The notes under the pieces were generated by a model that had not been told where the DNA came from, ran no database searches, and worked only from the letters and a program-made list of their open reading frames with translations. Positions 23,922-37,516 of a DNA stretch of 64,000 nucleotides are shown piece by piece (positions within the stretch are counted from its first letter, which is position 1; every line of letters starts with the position of its first letter). The stretch spans positions 62,001-126,000 of the forward strand of contig FLMG01003815.1 of assembly GCA_900088475.1 (NCBI GenBank). Direction: 5' to 3'. The stretch is from Hyphochytrium catenoides. Taxonomy: Eukaryota > Protista > Hyphochytriomycota. A program made the translations under genes and the position numbers.

Positions 23922-26900
23922 GGTTCCAATGTAAATAGCTCACTCTCCCTGTCGAGGAGTGTGACGGCACTTTCAATGGCTTAGGGGTTTATGCAGAGAC
24001 TGGGCAAAGCTTTGCTTGTACCCAAGGCAATGAAATGGCAATGCCGGCTGCACACAGAAGGCACCAAGTCTTCGGTTGGGGCAGAGCGGCGGCAGAGCAG
24101 TCGGAGAAGTTGCGGAGAGCGTCACTGCCGCAAAAGCTTAACGTTGACAATAATAACTGGCTGCCGCGACGTTAGGCCTAGATTTCCTATTGGATCTTAG
24201 CGTAGTAAGAAGCAGAGTTCCGTCCAATCTGCCGGCTATGAGCCTCTAACACACCATCCACAGGGCCAGGAAAGGGAAGGGGGGAGGCACGAGTGTTAGG
24301 CTTCAAAATGGTGGTTCGAGGTTGTTAGGCGGACGGGGGGATTTGAGATGTGAGTGTGTTTAGGGAGCTTTTGGAGTGTGGTGTGAGAGACGTATGATCT
24401 CTAGGGCCAGCACCTAGTGAGTAATCTAAGATACACTCCTAGGAAGACAGAGAGAGTGGAGAGAGGAAGGGAGAGAAAATTTTTGGAATTGACAGGTACA
24501 GAGTGAGAGAGAGAGTGAGAAGAAATGTTGTTCCCTTCGCCCAAGAGCTGAAAATGTACGATAGTTCACGGAAAGGCTGAGACAGAGTGTATGGCAAGGG
24601 GTCTAACAGCTGTCCAAAGGGTGGAAGAGAATCAGCGAGGTAGCCAGGATGTGGAAGAGGTTCAGACAGAGTGGCGGTGTGGGAGACAGAACAGGACAGA
24701 GAAGTTGAAGGGGAGCTGCATGTTGCCCAAAACTAACAAGAAAGGGCCCCAACACAGAAACAGAGGAGTTCCACCGCTGTGATAGTCTAACACGTGGAAG
24801 TAGTAATACCAACGGCCTTAACACTAACCCTTACCCTACACAATAATAGTTCTTTTTTTCTTATCCACAGTTGGCTCAAGAATTGAGAAACTTTCCGGGT
24901 CCCCTATCCTCACCTTTGAGACGTCACACACCTCAGTCACTGCCGCTATGATCTGAGACAGTGGATCAGGGGGAGCGCCTCATACCTAGCCGGCGAACTC
25001 TGCGTATCCTCACAAAGAAAGAACCATTTTAAAAGTCCGGAATGGGTTACGTCTCACCACCCTTTCTAAAGTACAGTCCTAGGTGAAGCTCTAATAAATA
25101 AGTCTCCCATTCCGAAATAAAACTGAGCAGCGCGACTGCTCAAGATGTGCTCTCACTTCGCGTGGCTGCTTATGATTGGCTCTTCGTTTCGTGCTTGTCT
25201 CTGGTGCGCCGGCACTCATAGAACTGCGTGCTTCTTTACAATCATAGTCTCACTGTCTTCTTCAGAGTCCGGAGCTTTGTCACCATGACCGTTGAGTCCG
25301 TCACATATGCTCATGCCGATGAGTAGCTATCGTACAGCGCTGAATATGAGCGCTATTGGTTACCGCAGATGATTGCCATGAGTGCGGGACGTGCTCCATC
25401 TGTTTTTATGCAGACCCTCAGCGCAACTATGATCTCTTAAGTTGGAGTGCATCAGAGCTCCGAGAATATATTGACACAAAATGCGTCGGAGCTTTCTCAT
25501 AGGTGTAGTTCACTTCTGCATCTTGTGACATGGATTGTCAGGACCGCGACATTACTTTTTTATTTTTTTATTGACGGCTGTATGGGTGGTGAGGCCTCCA
25601 GTGAGGTCACATTGACTTGCTCCATTGGGAAGCCCTGTCCCTTGCCCTCGCCCTTGTCTGCCCCTGCCCCTGTTCTAGGGGGCAGTGGTGATGGGATTGA
25701 GTCGTTTGCGTCCCGTATCTAATATCTCTTCTCTCCACCTATCGCTCCTTTCCGTCTTTTTGTCGTTTGAGCCTTTTACTAGTAGGACATGATGTTTTCT
25801 AGGGCTTCCCTTACCGATATTCCAATGTACGTCAAAAATTCTTCCGGGAGATCCTGCGCTGTGGAGGATCGTTGTTTTATCTCCTCAGCTTGGTGCTTCA
25901 GCTGTTATTGTGGGTCGGTCAGGAAGAGAAACGGCTCTGGTTGCTGCTTTGTTGTGGTGGTCATCGCGACCTTATAATATTTGGCGATCTCACCGGACGA
26001 TGAAGAGGAGCTTGTGGTTATTAGGTCCAGGTCAGCTCTACAAGCGGATGACGGTCCAGCTCAGCTCTACAAGCGGAGACACTTGAGGAGGCATTCCTGA
26101 GCGAGTAGACTTTATTTATATCCCGTAGGGATCGCTGTTCTAGTCATTCCTCTATCTAAGTGTTGACAGAGCTGAAGATATTTCGCGGGTAGAGCTCTGA
26201 AGACCTTGTCTCAATATTTGTAAGAGCTTTGCTAGGGTCACCAGCAACATAGGAAGCGAATCCATGGTAGCGACTACTAAGAATGTAGAGTTTGTTACAA
26301 TAGGATGCCTCGAGGAACTATTTATCTGCAATCTTCTACAGAGACTCCCCTCCCGTTTGTGCGTACATGATGTAACGCCCAGAACCAGGTGTATGCAAAA
26401 TCATTCAGAATGTTCCCGAGCAAGAGGTGGATTGAGGCACAGTCAATGGCCATTGCGTTACAGTGATACAGTGATGAAGGGATCACAAATAAGAGCTGCA
26501 TCTAAATCCTTATTCCCGACAAGCGCCCTTCTGATGTACAGTACGATACTGTATGGAACTTTGGTGCTGGCAGATGCTGCTGTTCAATTTCAAATGTTGG
26601 GCAGTTCGCGGGAAGCAGCGGAGTGTTCCTTTCTAGCAGGGCATCGGGTCACTTTGCCATGACACTTCTTCTCCTTCATCTCTCATCAACAAATGGCCGT
26701 CTCTTCTGTGCTGTCAGCCCTCGGCCGTTCTCAGTGAAGTGCATCGCATTCAGCTGACCATACGTAGATCTAAGGGCAGTTCAGCAGGGCTCTGCTTAGC
26801 CATGGGCTATGGGGCCACGGTCTGCTGTATCCCTCGGAACGGGAGTAGCCTGCGTTTGATGGCTTCCGAACACTGCTTTATAGAGGGAGGTAGTGTCTGA

Positions 26901-26970
26901 TTAGCCAGATTGTGCTGCTTCTGGCCTTCAGGCTTAAGGGAGGCTCAAGTGGAGCTTGACAGTGAAAAGG

Positions 26971-29900
26971 ATGAACTACCCTGATCCAAAGCACAACCAG
27001 GAGCTTAGTTTAGATGCTGACGAAGCAAAAGTCGAGATCGGATCCAGCATTCCACCACTAGTTGATGGCACACTGCGTGGCGAGGTGGAGCTGGCAGTTC
27101 CACACATTGAGCTGCTAGCTCAGGGTTCGTCCCAGGAACGACAAGATGGGATAGAGGTGAATGTGCCCACACACCGTCTCGCTTCTGCTTTCTGGCAGAT
27201 CAGGCCCCCTTCCTTCCCCCCACCCCGGGACTCCCGGTTGCCTTCTTCTTTGCTGCTTCTAATCACCGTCGCTCAATCACTCTAGATTCGTGTTAGGTGG
27301 TGGGGCGAGGAGGGTGAAGGAAGAGCTTTCAGGCCCTTCGAGGTCTTTTGGAGTGGAGCGCCAAGGGTCGAAAGGGACGAATTGAAGGATGCAAAGCCCA
27401 ATGTTATTCTGTATCCCTTCCGCTGCAGTTTAGAGAGGTTAAAAGCATACTTTAGGGATATGGTCAGTAAGAACTCGTTTTCAAAGAATAGTTCCTTGCC
27501 AAGCTGTGTGATTTTCTCTGAAGCTCATCAAAGGATCATCACTCTAGGGCCAACTTGTGCTTGAGGTCTTCAGCGCTGCAAGCAAGGAACTTCTCGGCAC
27601 TGCGGCTCTGGATCTAACTGGCGCTCTTAAAGAAGAGAAGACGGATAACGCCCCTCAGCGTCTGCAGATAGTCAAAAGCATTCCCCTAGAGAGAGCACCG
27701 CAGACAACGAAGCCACCTGGTATTGCTGCGCGTTCTTGGATGTCTTTCTTTCTTACTGCTCTTTTTGCTACTAACCTCACGGTTCGCCAGCTGTTTACAA
27801 CGCCTATTTACATTCTCTGGATTGACCTGTAGTCTAATATGCACCCTAGTTCCCATTCTTGGCTCGCTTAGGGTCCACTTGCAGGTGAAAGTAGAGACTG
27901 ACAGCGTCATACTCAGAGCCAATCACGAGTATCAAAATACAAGTGTATGCGCCAGTGAAACGTCAAATCCTACTCAAGGATTACGAAGAAGGAGCAGTAG
28001 GTCCAATGCAAGATCTAAGATAGCTCTTGACCAGCACGGAAAGGAAGGCGGAGGTCAGGTAGTCGCCAGCGACGAGGTGCAGGTGATGCAGCTCTCAGGT
28101 CGTCCCCTCAATGTTCTCTCTTCCTTTCAATTGAACGAACTACTGGCGAAGCACGACCTCAACAATACCCTACCGACGAGGCCGGGACCGGGACCATCGC
28201 TATCCCCAGTCGTGGATGCTAATCCAACGAAGTCCTCCAGTAAACTCCCCATCCGGGTAAAGAACCCTGCTGTCGCATCCCTAGAATTTTCGGGCTGTTT
28301 AGCAAGAAGCGAATCCCTCGTATTGCCAAGTCTTTACGACCACTTTCAACCCTTTCATTGTTTCACCATCCTTTTGACCTTGCCTTTGGACCTTCATTCA
28401 ATGAATTTTTTGGCGTTCTTAGCTTGGTCTCTTGTCTGCTCCACTGCAGACTAAAGGGCGCCCCACGGGGTCTAATGTACCAAAGCCCACAAGTAAAATC
28501 CCTTCCGGTGCTCCGAGGAAAGGGGTTGATCAAAGGAATATAGACAAGCCGTCGGACGGGATCAAGAGGCATACCACGTCTTCGCATGCGCCTCCTAATT
28601 CCTCGTTTGCTATCCAAAGACAGAGGAGAGGGATCACCAATGTGACGGAGCATACTCCACTTCTGGGCTATGACACGGCTGAAAGCCGCTCCGTTTTTAG
28701 CCAAGGTAAGAGACATACCTGTGCTACGTTCCAAACTTCCGTCCCCTCGTTCCATGTCCTTATAAGGGAGTGGGTCGCCAAGCCTACGCCAGACTCAATG
28801 CAGTTTCCTTCTTTCTTTATAACGCCTTCCGTTTGCCACGTCGGCCATCTTGACGATGATCAGATTGCTGAAGTTACCCTTAGGTCTCCAGGTGACCCCA
28901 GAAGTAGTGAGCCAAAGGTTGAGGGAAGCGCTGGAGCGAGCGGCAAAGCTTCAAGGCCAGATGGAAAAGGAGATCCAAAGAGGACCAAAATATCAAGAAG
29001 AGGAGGACTCTCTCGACCCTGACGCTCTTCTGTTTGGTAGCTCACCAGGGAGTGAGGAGGAGGTGTGCTGCTCAAGCGCTGTTATATTTTCAAGTTGATG
29101 ATTCTGTCTAACTCTGCTTCTCCTTCTATTTCTTCAAGGCTGATCTGCGCGCCATACTTCTCCGCACAACTGCGGTAGACAGCACCAGCGATGAAGCCTC
29201 AGAATTTGAGGATGAGTACTTAGACAGCCTCATTGCAGGGGGAGATCCACCACCTCATAAAAACACTCTTTGTAGTCCTCCAGGCTCGCTGCCTTCCTCT
29301 TTGACCACACCGGCCAGTAAGCTACTCGAATCTAAAAGACGAGTAGTTCTTCGGATACACGAGCTGCAACTGCTAGAGCCATGGTTCAACTATGTTCGCG
29401 GAAACGGACGATTTAGCCGACGAGAAAAGCAGATTGAGGTCATCCTGCAATACTCTCTCCCTCCCGTAAAGCCTGGTGCTCAAAAGGGCGACATCGTTCG
29501 TCTTCCTATATCTCTGCCATTAATTAATACATCCATGAAGACACAGGCAGTTCATCTGCACCATGAACACACTCTAGAGGCTGATTTTGAAGATAATGCA
29601 GTCAGGGAAGCATGGGCAAACGGTTTTGTGATCTTCAAGTTACTCCGAAAGACTACCAAGAGGTAAGAAGAGCAATGTTAAAGATGTCTTTCTGAAAGGT
29701 GACTTGAAGAGAGATAGAGTTAACGGTTTGCCTTACTTTAGGAAAAGTTCTGGCGTCCAAATCCAGAGCCGCAGAAGTGTCCACGAAAAAGAAACTTTGG
29801 AGAATCTCGGAGAGGGGAAGCTTCCCTTATCGACTTTTATGGAGGAGGGTTCTCTCCCGGACTTGTCATGTTCCCTCTTCCTTCACCCAGACGCCAGGCA

Positions 29901-32900
29901 GAAAGTCTCCATAGCACGATCATTGACTGTCAGGCTTTCTGTTGGTTTCTCCAGGGCAGAAAAGGAGGGAGAAGCTGCCATGGACGTAGTTGCAACAGCC
30001 GCAAGTTCAGAAAGGGAAGAACTGACCACCATGCAAAAGGATCCTAGTCTCACACTCAATTCATTCGCCGTTAACTCTTCGGGGCCAGCATATCAGTTTA
30101 TCCTAGAGGTCAACGCAGTAAAGATCTCAGTCAAGAATCTTGGAGCCACCATGGGTCCTCGACGACTCCTCCAGTCTATTTTCCTGAAGCATATGGGCCT
30201 CTTTGACAAGCCAGGCAGCACTGTTGCAACTCTAAACAAGCCTGTATGCTACGTTGGGGAGGATACAGCCCTGGCAGAAGCAAAGCATTCATTCTTTGCA
30301 CCTATTATGCCCCTAATTGGACCACAAATGGAAATACTGGCCCGCCAGATTCTCATCATTGAGGTCTGGGGAGAGTTTGGTCGCCGGGCAGGGCAATCTG
30401 CAGCACCTGGTAGGGCACTGAGTGATGCCTCTCGAAGCAGGATAAGGCATGCTCCCAGGGCACTGCATTCTAGCAGCTCTCATACGCAAGAATCGACAGA
30501 AGGGAGAGAATTTTTCATAGAACGTAAACGGGACATCTCTGAGCATCTACCCCTTGCTCCTGTATTACTGGGCCTGTGCAAGGTTGCTCTTCAACCCATG
30601 GTAGCCCATCTCGCGCTAACCCCTGTCGAGGGCTCTACATCAGGTGTTTGGGAGTTTTCCGAGGCCAGTATGCCCATATCTGACCCTTTCAGCGGTCAGG
30701 TCACCGGACAGCTCGAGATCTACTGTGCAGCCGGACCGCCATCGGAGGTATTCAGGCTGCAAGGTAGGAGGAAAGCTCAAAAGATCATTGCAAGAGCAGT
30801 TCGCTCTTGGAAGCGAAAGGTGGAATATGCCGTCAGCAGACCCTCCAACGATATCGGCAAGTCACTCGAAACTGGGCTAACGGAGGACCAACCAGGGGGA
30901 GAAGCTAGACAAACGGAGGACCAACCAGCGGCAACAAGAATCACGTCCCATGATAATGCCCAGCAGACGGATGCGAATCTGCCGCATAGTCCCATTAGAG
31001 ACATTACGCGTCCTGCTTCCAACCAAGGAAATATTGTTCATGAGTTCCGCTTCTGCGTGAAGGGAAGGTGCCCTCTTACCATGTCTACAACCCAGATGCA
31101 TGACGGGGCGGCTGCGAGTCCAATGGACTTCAAGGGCTGTGAGGCTCGATTCAGCTCCTCCTTAGATGGCTTGGATGCGATGAGAGAAGGTTACCCAGAG
31201 CTTGTGGCCAGCGATCCTAGTCCGCCGTCGTCCCTTATCCTCTGGTGGGACGCGAGGAACCCCCTCAAGAACACTTACGCAACTAACATCATTCGGACTA
31301 GGGAGCATGGCTATCCCGCGCTTGTCAGGTATTTACAAACGAAAGATTCTCGGGCCACATGGTTTGCTCCAAGTGCAAGCGCCTGTCCCCCCCTATTAGT
31401 ATCTTGTTCTGTTAGGGTTGCAAGTGTGCATTTCCAAAGCACCGATGGGCATGTACCCGTACAATGCAACCTTCCATGTGCTGAAAGTCTTACATTTCTC
31501 CCTTGATCCGCTTTTCTCAAAGGTGGTTGCAGCAGATCCCTAACGACGTATTGGAACTGGAGCTTTGGGGCCAATCAGATGCCTCTTGCGCACAACTTGT
31601 AGCGAAGGGCTACCTTGATCTCCTGCGAATGATAGAATTGGCCAAGGAGGGTTCTGGCTGTTGTCGACTAGTTGAGGTCCCCTTGATCTTATTAGGTCCG
31701 CAGTCGGATAGTGCCGCGCCATTGCTACATCTAGAGGTAGCTTACACCCAAAAGACGCCAGGAGGTAGGATATTGCACCGCTTTGCACTATTCTTTGCTG
31801 CCATCTTCCCAAATCGTCATCCTACCCTCAAGCATCCATGATGGTCCCATTGCCTTGTGTCTATTACTCTCTTGATTCGCTTATCTGTCTACTCCACGTA
31901 GGCTCGTAGGTTTATGAGAATCATGCTTGCTCTTTCCACTTGCCAGTGGTCTCTCCGGACTCACATAAGGTTTAGGTAGAATTATCCGGTAGTCTCACCT
32001 TAGACACCGCGCTGTCATTGTAGGCCAAGGGATGGAAAGAAAGGCGGCAAAGGAGCTTGGTGCCAGAAGAACGTCAACCATCACGTCCATCGACCGTGTC
32101 CTACCAGCCAAAAAGCAGATCTGTATAAACATTGGCAGAGTCTCCTCTTCTCTTCTCTCCCTTAGGGCTCTTCTCCTACGCCTAGGCAGGTGTTCATGCA
32201 AAGATAGAGTGAGAGGGAGTCTTGCGAAGGGCCTTTGCCTCTCTGTTACAGGCATACTACACATTCCGGAAGGCCAGCGGTACGTGCGCCTTGCAAGTCT
32301 TTGGTTCTTTCCCCTGCCCTTAACCTGTTGGTTTCTCGATGCATTCTTTGGCTACCACTTAAAATCTTGGGTTTGGCGGCAAGACTTTTAGTAGCCGATA
32401 TTTGGCTTTGCACAGCGAGCGTCTAGGATTAGCGTTGCGTTCCCCCTCTGAAGGGGGTTCAACTATTCCCCTAGCTCTTTTCTAACTCATGCTTTTTTCT
32501 CCCCTTAAGCTCGTCCATATAGAACATAAGCTTATTGTCTCTAACTCTGTCCGCTTTAAATATTCGACACCGCTTAGGTTCATATCTACGTCCATATCAG
32601 CTCCTTCTTATTCGCCGACCTTCTTCGAAGAGTTCCGTTTGCCCGTGAGTGTCACCGCAGACCTAGTGGAGTCCCTGCGCTCTCAACCTCTACAATTGCA
32701 GCTTTGGCTGCATGCCAAGGAGGAGAGAGGTGGAAGGGCTGAAGCCTCCCCGTTACAGCTCCCTGTCAACTGCCAGGAGCACCAGATCGAGGGCAGATGG
32801 CTTCTTGGTGAGATGGAGCTTCCCCTATCCGGCCTTCTCGACAATCCGGAGGGCGTTGCGGGCTCCTTCGCTTACCATGCCCCCGAGTCGCCTTCACAGG

Positions 32901-35900
32901 TTTGGGGGGAAGTTGAAGTAGCAGTGTATTTGGACCATAGCCTCCACCCTTCTTCTCCCCCATTGTCTCCTTCTACTTCTATTAGTTCTACTGGTTGCCC
33001 GGAGTCATTGCGTTGCCCGACACCGGAACGCGCAGTGATGATGGTGAATACCTCACCATCAGACACTGAAGAGCGTATTTGTCAATTGGGTGGAGACCTC
33101 CAATGGTCACATCTAACGGATATAAGAGCTGAGATTGCGCAAGTAAGTGAGTCCCTAAGCAGCAGCAATGCTGAAGCTCCTGCTTCCCATCAAATGGGAT
33201 CAGACAAGTCCGAGCATGAAAACAGCGCCGGCCTCGCAGGAGACTGCGTGATTCTGGTAGGTCGCACCAAGCTCCAGTAGCTCCCTTTACGCTTGAGTGA
33301 TTGCAATCTCTGCATCCTGCATTGACTCCTGCCTTTTGCTCTTGATGGCCTTATCTATGCTTTTTATTAGGTATCGATTGATCAGGCGTTACATCTAACC
33401 TGTTTTCGGGGAATAAGTAATATGGCGGGCAATAAAGGGGTCTTCGCCCGGTACCAACTACACCCTAAGTTGGAAGAGGCGGTAGGTGCATCTCCTCTCA
33501 ACGCACACTCTTTTGCTCTCATGGGAATCTTCGGAAGTCCCTTTGCTCCATCTACTGAGCAAGGGCGTTGCCATCTTGAGCCACTGATCCGAATGTGGAG
33601 CCTTGGCCTTACTGACAATAGAACCGGTCCCGCTCCAAGTCGCCTTACGATAACTTTCTTTTTTGCAGGAGACATCGGTCCTTCAATCTCCAGCGCCCCA
33701 GTGGAGCCATAAACGAAAACTTTGCGTGCCAAGAGAGCTCCTGAATGAGATATGCGAAGGAAGTCTCAGGATCAGCGTGTGGCAGAAACGTTCTACCTTC
33801 CTTCATAGTCTACATGAGACAGAGGCGGATGAATCGCTGCATCTACCTCTGTGGGATGAAGACCAATTGCTGGGCATCGCTTTCGTTGACCTCACTCCTT
33901 TGCGGTACCCTGGGATGCCAGGAGTCTCCGGTTGGTACCATATCTATGACCGGAATGAGCTTTCCCAGGTATGTTTACTATGTGGACAAGTGAGGCTGCG
34001 AGTAGAGTGAGAGTGCCCACCAAAAGTGGGCGACGACAAAAGAATGGACGAAGAGAGTCAGAGGAAAGTCGATACCGATATCTCTTTAGATATAGCTTGC
34101 TAACACAGCTACTTCGCCTCCTTTGCTTCATCTCGCGTAGGGCCAAATAAAAGTAAGCGTCGGATTGCTCACATCAGAGGACGACCAGAAAACGGTGGCG
34201 GAAGATGATTCGGGATCTATGGACAATACCGTTTCCTCTTTTCCATCGTCAATGGGCGACGAGGTCAACCTCTTTGCCGATGATTTCCAACAAGACAAGT
34301 TACACGAGTTGAAGAGGAGTGAGGCTGAGAAATCTTGCGATACGACCCTGACCTCCTCTTCTTCCCCTACTGAAGGCGAGATCGAAGACTCTCCGTTCCT
34401 CTTGATAATGCATTCTCTCGACGCTGTGACTTTAAGACTGAAACAGCTACTAGAGCCTGACTCTGCGGCAGGGCAGGAAGACAGAGACGAAGGCGTAGTG
34501 AATGGCGAAAGGGAAACAGGCAAGGACGGAAGTGTGGAACCAGAATCTACACTCAACTTGACATCCCCGTCAGAGAATGCTAGTCCTTCCTATGCAGATG
34601 CGCAGCCTAGTTATGTAGCTCGGTTAGGCGTGGAGCAAGAAGATGATATGAAGCAGGGAGGGCACTCACCGAGGACGTCAGGAATACAATCCACGCAGGA
34701 GGAGGAAGTTATTGACGAGGTTAAAGAGCAATCGTTGGGAGAGGGATCAAAAGACGGTGAGGATGAGGGTAAGCTTCTACAAGTTAGGGCCGTGCAGACG
34801 CTTCCCTTACACGGCCCATTGCCCGACAATAACTGCACCGCCGCAACGGTGTCGACTCTACAGTCCTCCGGCACCATCAAGAGTCCAGTCTTAGAGGTTG
34901 ACATGGGTGCCCTTTCTCAATCGGTAGCTCTCGTCGGCTACTATAATCACGAACAGGTGGTTCTGGCAGAGGTAGCGACAGAGCAAAAGGAGCAGCAGGG
35001 GAGCATGGAGCAAGTTGAGAGCGAGCCTGTAAGGACACAGGAGACAGCAGAATCTATGGGGTCGCAGGCAAAGGACGAAGACGGCGAGTTATCTGTTAAT
35101 GAGGAGGTCCTTCCCTTTACCACTGAAAGACACGGGATGTGCGATGAAGATGGAGAGGAGTCACGACGTCTGATTCAACCAAGGCATCCCGCCAGCGCTA
35201 CAGGCGAGACCGAACCTACGGAAGAGGATATAGACGTAGTGAACAATGTCACCGTCCTTCCTCGCGATAAAGGAGAACACATTGCGGAGAAATTGGACCT
35301 ATCAGTCACTCCAATTGAGCCAAACGGTCAAGAAAGCTCCCTTGCACATCAAGTCCCTCCTCTTCCTTTCTCCACCAGTCCGTGCGCTAGCACTTCTCTC
35401 GTCAAAGGAGTAGAACCTCTCCGATTGTCGAGTGAGAAAGCAACACAGACAGAGAACGAAGATTCGGTCAGTAAAACGAGCTTGACAGCTGACAAAGTAG
35501 AAGAGTCGTTGGAGTTAGATCGGCCTCTAAAAGTGAGCCAAGCAGTTGACACCTCCGACCTTATGTACGAGGATGCGAAGATAAGCGAACAAGAGCTGGA
35601 ATATGAATGCGCGGCAGACGAGGAAGAGGGAAGAGAGCAAGAACCAAAAGCCAAAGAAGAGCCAAGGCGTTCAGATAAGTGCGAACTGCTACCAAATCCC
35701 AGGAATCCATATACCAGCTCTATGGCGATCAGTTCGATACAACTTCGGGCTACGTTCCCCCCCGATAGCTCTCTTCGTCCGGAGAGCCCGAAAGTAATGG
35801 AAAGATGCCTTACTTCCCTACCCCTAGAAGGCCTCTGTGACATTGTCGGAACTTCCCCCTCCCGGGTCCGCGGCCCTCCGCTCGCTGAGTACCTCTCTGC

Positions 35901-36408
35901 GATGGAGGTCTCATATAGAACACCGAGACTTCCCTCCTTTCAAGACCGACAACGAGGACTCGAAGAAAAGCAACCAAGTCATGCTAGCGCTTCAGCTTTC
36001 TCCTTGAAGACAGACGAATGGGGGTTTCCACAGATGGCAGAGGCCAAGAAGAGCGACCGGCTCCAGGAAGAAAGGAAAAGGGATGCAGACTTCAGAGTCC
36101 CCTTCGGGGCAGAGAGGTCAGCAATCCAACAAAGCCCTGCGTCACAATCTGAAGGATCCTCTGTCGAAGATGAATGGCTGAAACACCTTAGACAGCTGTC
36201 TTCTCCCTCCTCGTCCTCTCCCTCCGTCCCAATCTCTTCCTCGTCAAGCCCCAACAGTGACGGGCAAACCTCTGCACCCGGCTCTGCACGAGATGCTCAA
36301 TCACGACCTCGACAGTTCGACAAAGAGAGCGAACGAATTGCAAGGATTATGCGAGGCAGCCTTCAATTCTTTGAAAATGACAGCGACTCTAGCGATGACG
36401 AGGATTAA
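26971..36408 (+). CDS. C2CD3: C2 domain-containing protein 3 homolog (distal centriole/ciliogenesis protein), multi-exon
   Basis: N-terminal SIPPLVDGTLRG, IRVRWWGEEGEG..FRP and YPFRCS..LKAYFRDM match the C2CD3 N-C2 signature. Further C2-like exons follow (LIIEVWG, LELELWG, LQLQLWL, DQLLGIAFVDLTPL..GVSGWYHI..|GQIKVSV), ending in the C-terminal ESERIARIM motif. Confidence 0.82.
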
Positions 36409-37516
36409 TCCTGTGAAGGGGAACTATTTACTTATACCAGGAGCATTTCCTCTCTGTGTTTCACAGAGACGATAGACCGCCAAGAAGGTGAGAGCACCAG
36501 GAGAATGAGACGCCAAGGAAAGCGGTGCGCAGAAGCCCATCATATGAACCATTCTCACGTACCATAGCCATTCTTTGTACAATAATAGAGTGTACTTTAT
36601 TTGCTCTTGCGCTATCAAAGCCCATGTATCTTCATGTCCCTTCTCCCCCTCGTGGCAGCTTCTTTGGGCGAGGGATCTGGGTAATGAAGCGGTAGACGAG
36701 GATCTGCCATTAGCGAGCGGCTAAAGCAACAGAAATTACTTCGCTAGCTAAGTGGCGGAAGCAAAGTTATTAAAAGGCGTCAAGGATCCATCCTCATATG
36801 ATACATAGTGAGCTCATATAATGGGTGACTAGCGAGATCATCTGCTCTGTAACCTCTGCTCTTCATTCACGACATGTGCAGCTTCTTAGGGCCGTTCTCT
36901 TAACACTTTTGGGGGTAGCACGGGGTAGCATGCTACCAACGTGCAGACATATCGCTTCCCTCGCCGCATCGGATAGACCGCTGCCTCCTGCTTGGCTGAC
37001 AAGCTCTCTCAAAATCTCACACAGGCACTATTTGTTGAGCTTTATCATCAGAAAAAATCTTCTTTCCAACTTCGTCATGCCCTCCAAACGCAATCTCTGC
37101 TATATGATTATCGTCTGGTGATTATCGTAATAAACTAGTGGTTGATCTCTCCGGTTCTGATGCCTTCAGAAAGTGCTTGACATCGCTTCAGATCTTTCAG
37201 AAGCTGGAAGTCCTGCTCCGTTCTCTGTGCTTTTCCCAGCAAAGGCGAGCAAGCTTCCTCCTTCCTCATTCCTCCTTCACGCCGGCTCGGCGACTGCGTG
37301 ATCCCCAGAGGCGCAGCAGGGGATTCAGGCGACATTGTGGCTTATATAGTAGTGAGTTTATGAGGCTGATGATGGAGAAGCACAAGGAAGACAGGATGGT
37401 AGGGATCAGTTGCTATACGCGCCTGATGGATCCCAGCATCAAAGCGTATCACTTGCCGAGGTAGGCAAGGCATTGCCAGTGAAATATAGAGAGCCTGACG
37501 GACACGTGGGACTGCC

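Noticed and set aside
24818-24840. ccttaacactaacccttaccctac, telomere-like
   Set aside because: It is too short and degenerate to call an interstitial telomeric repeat.
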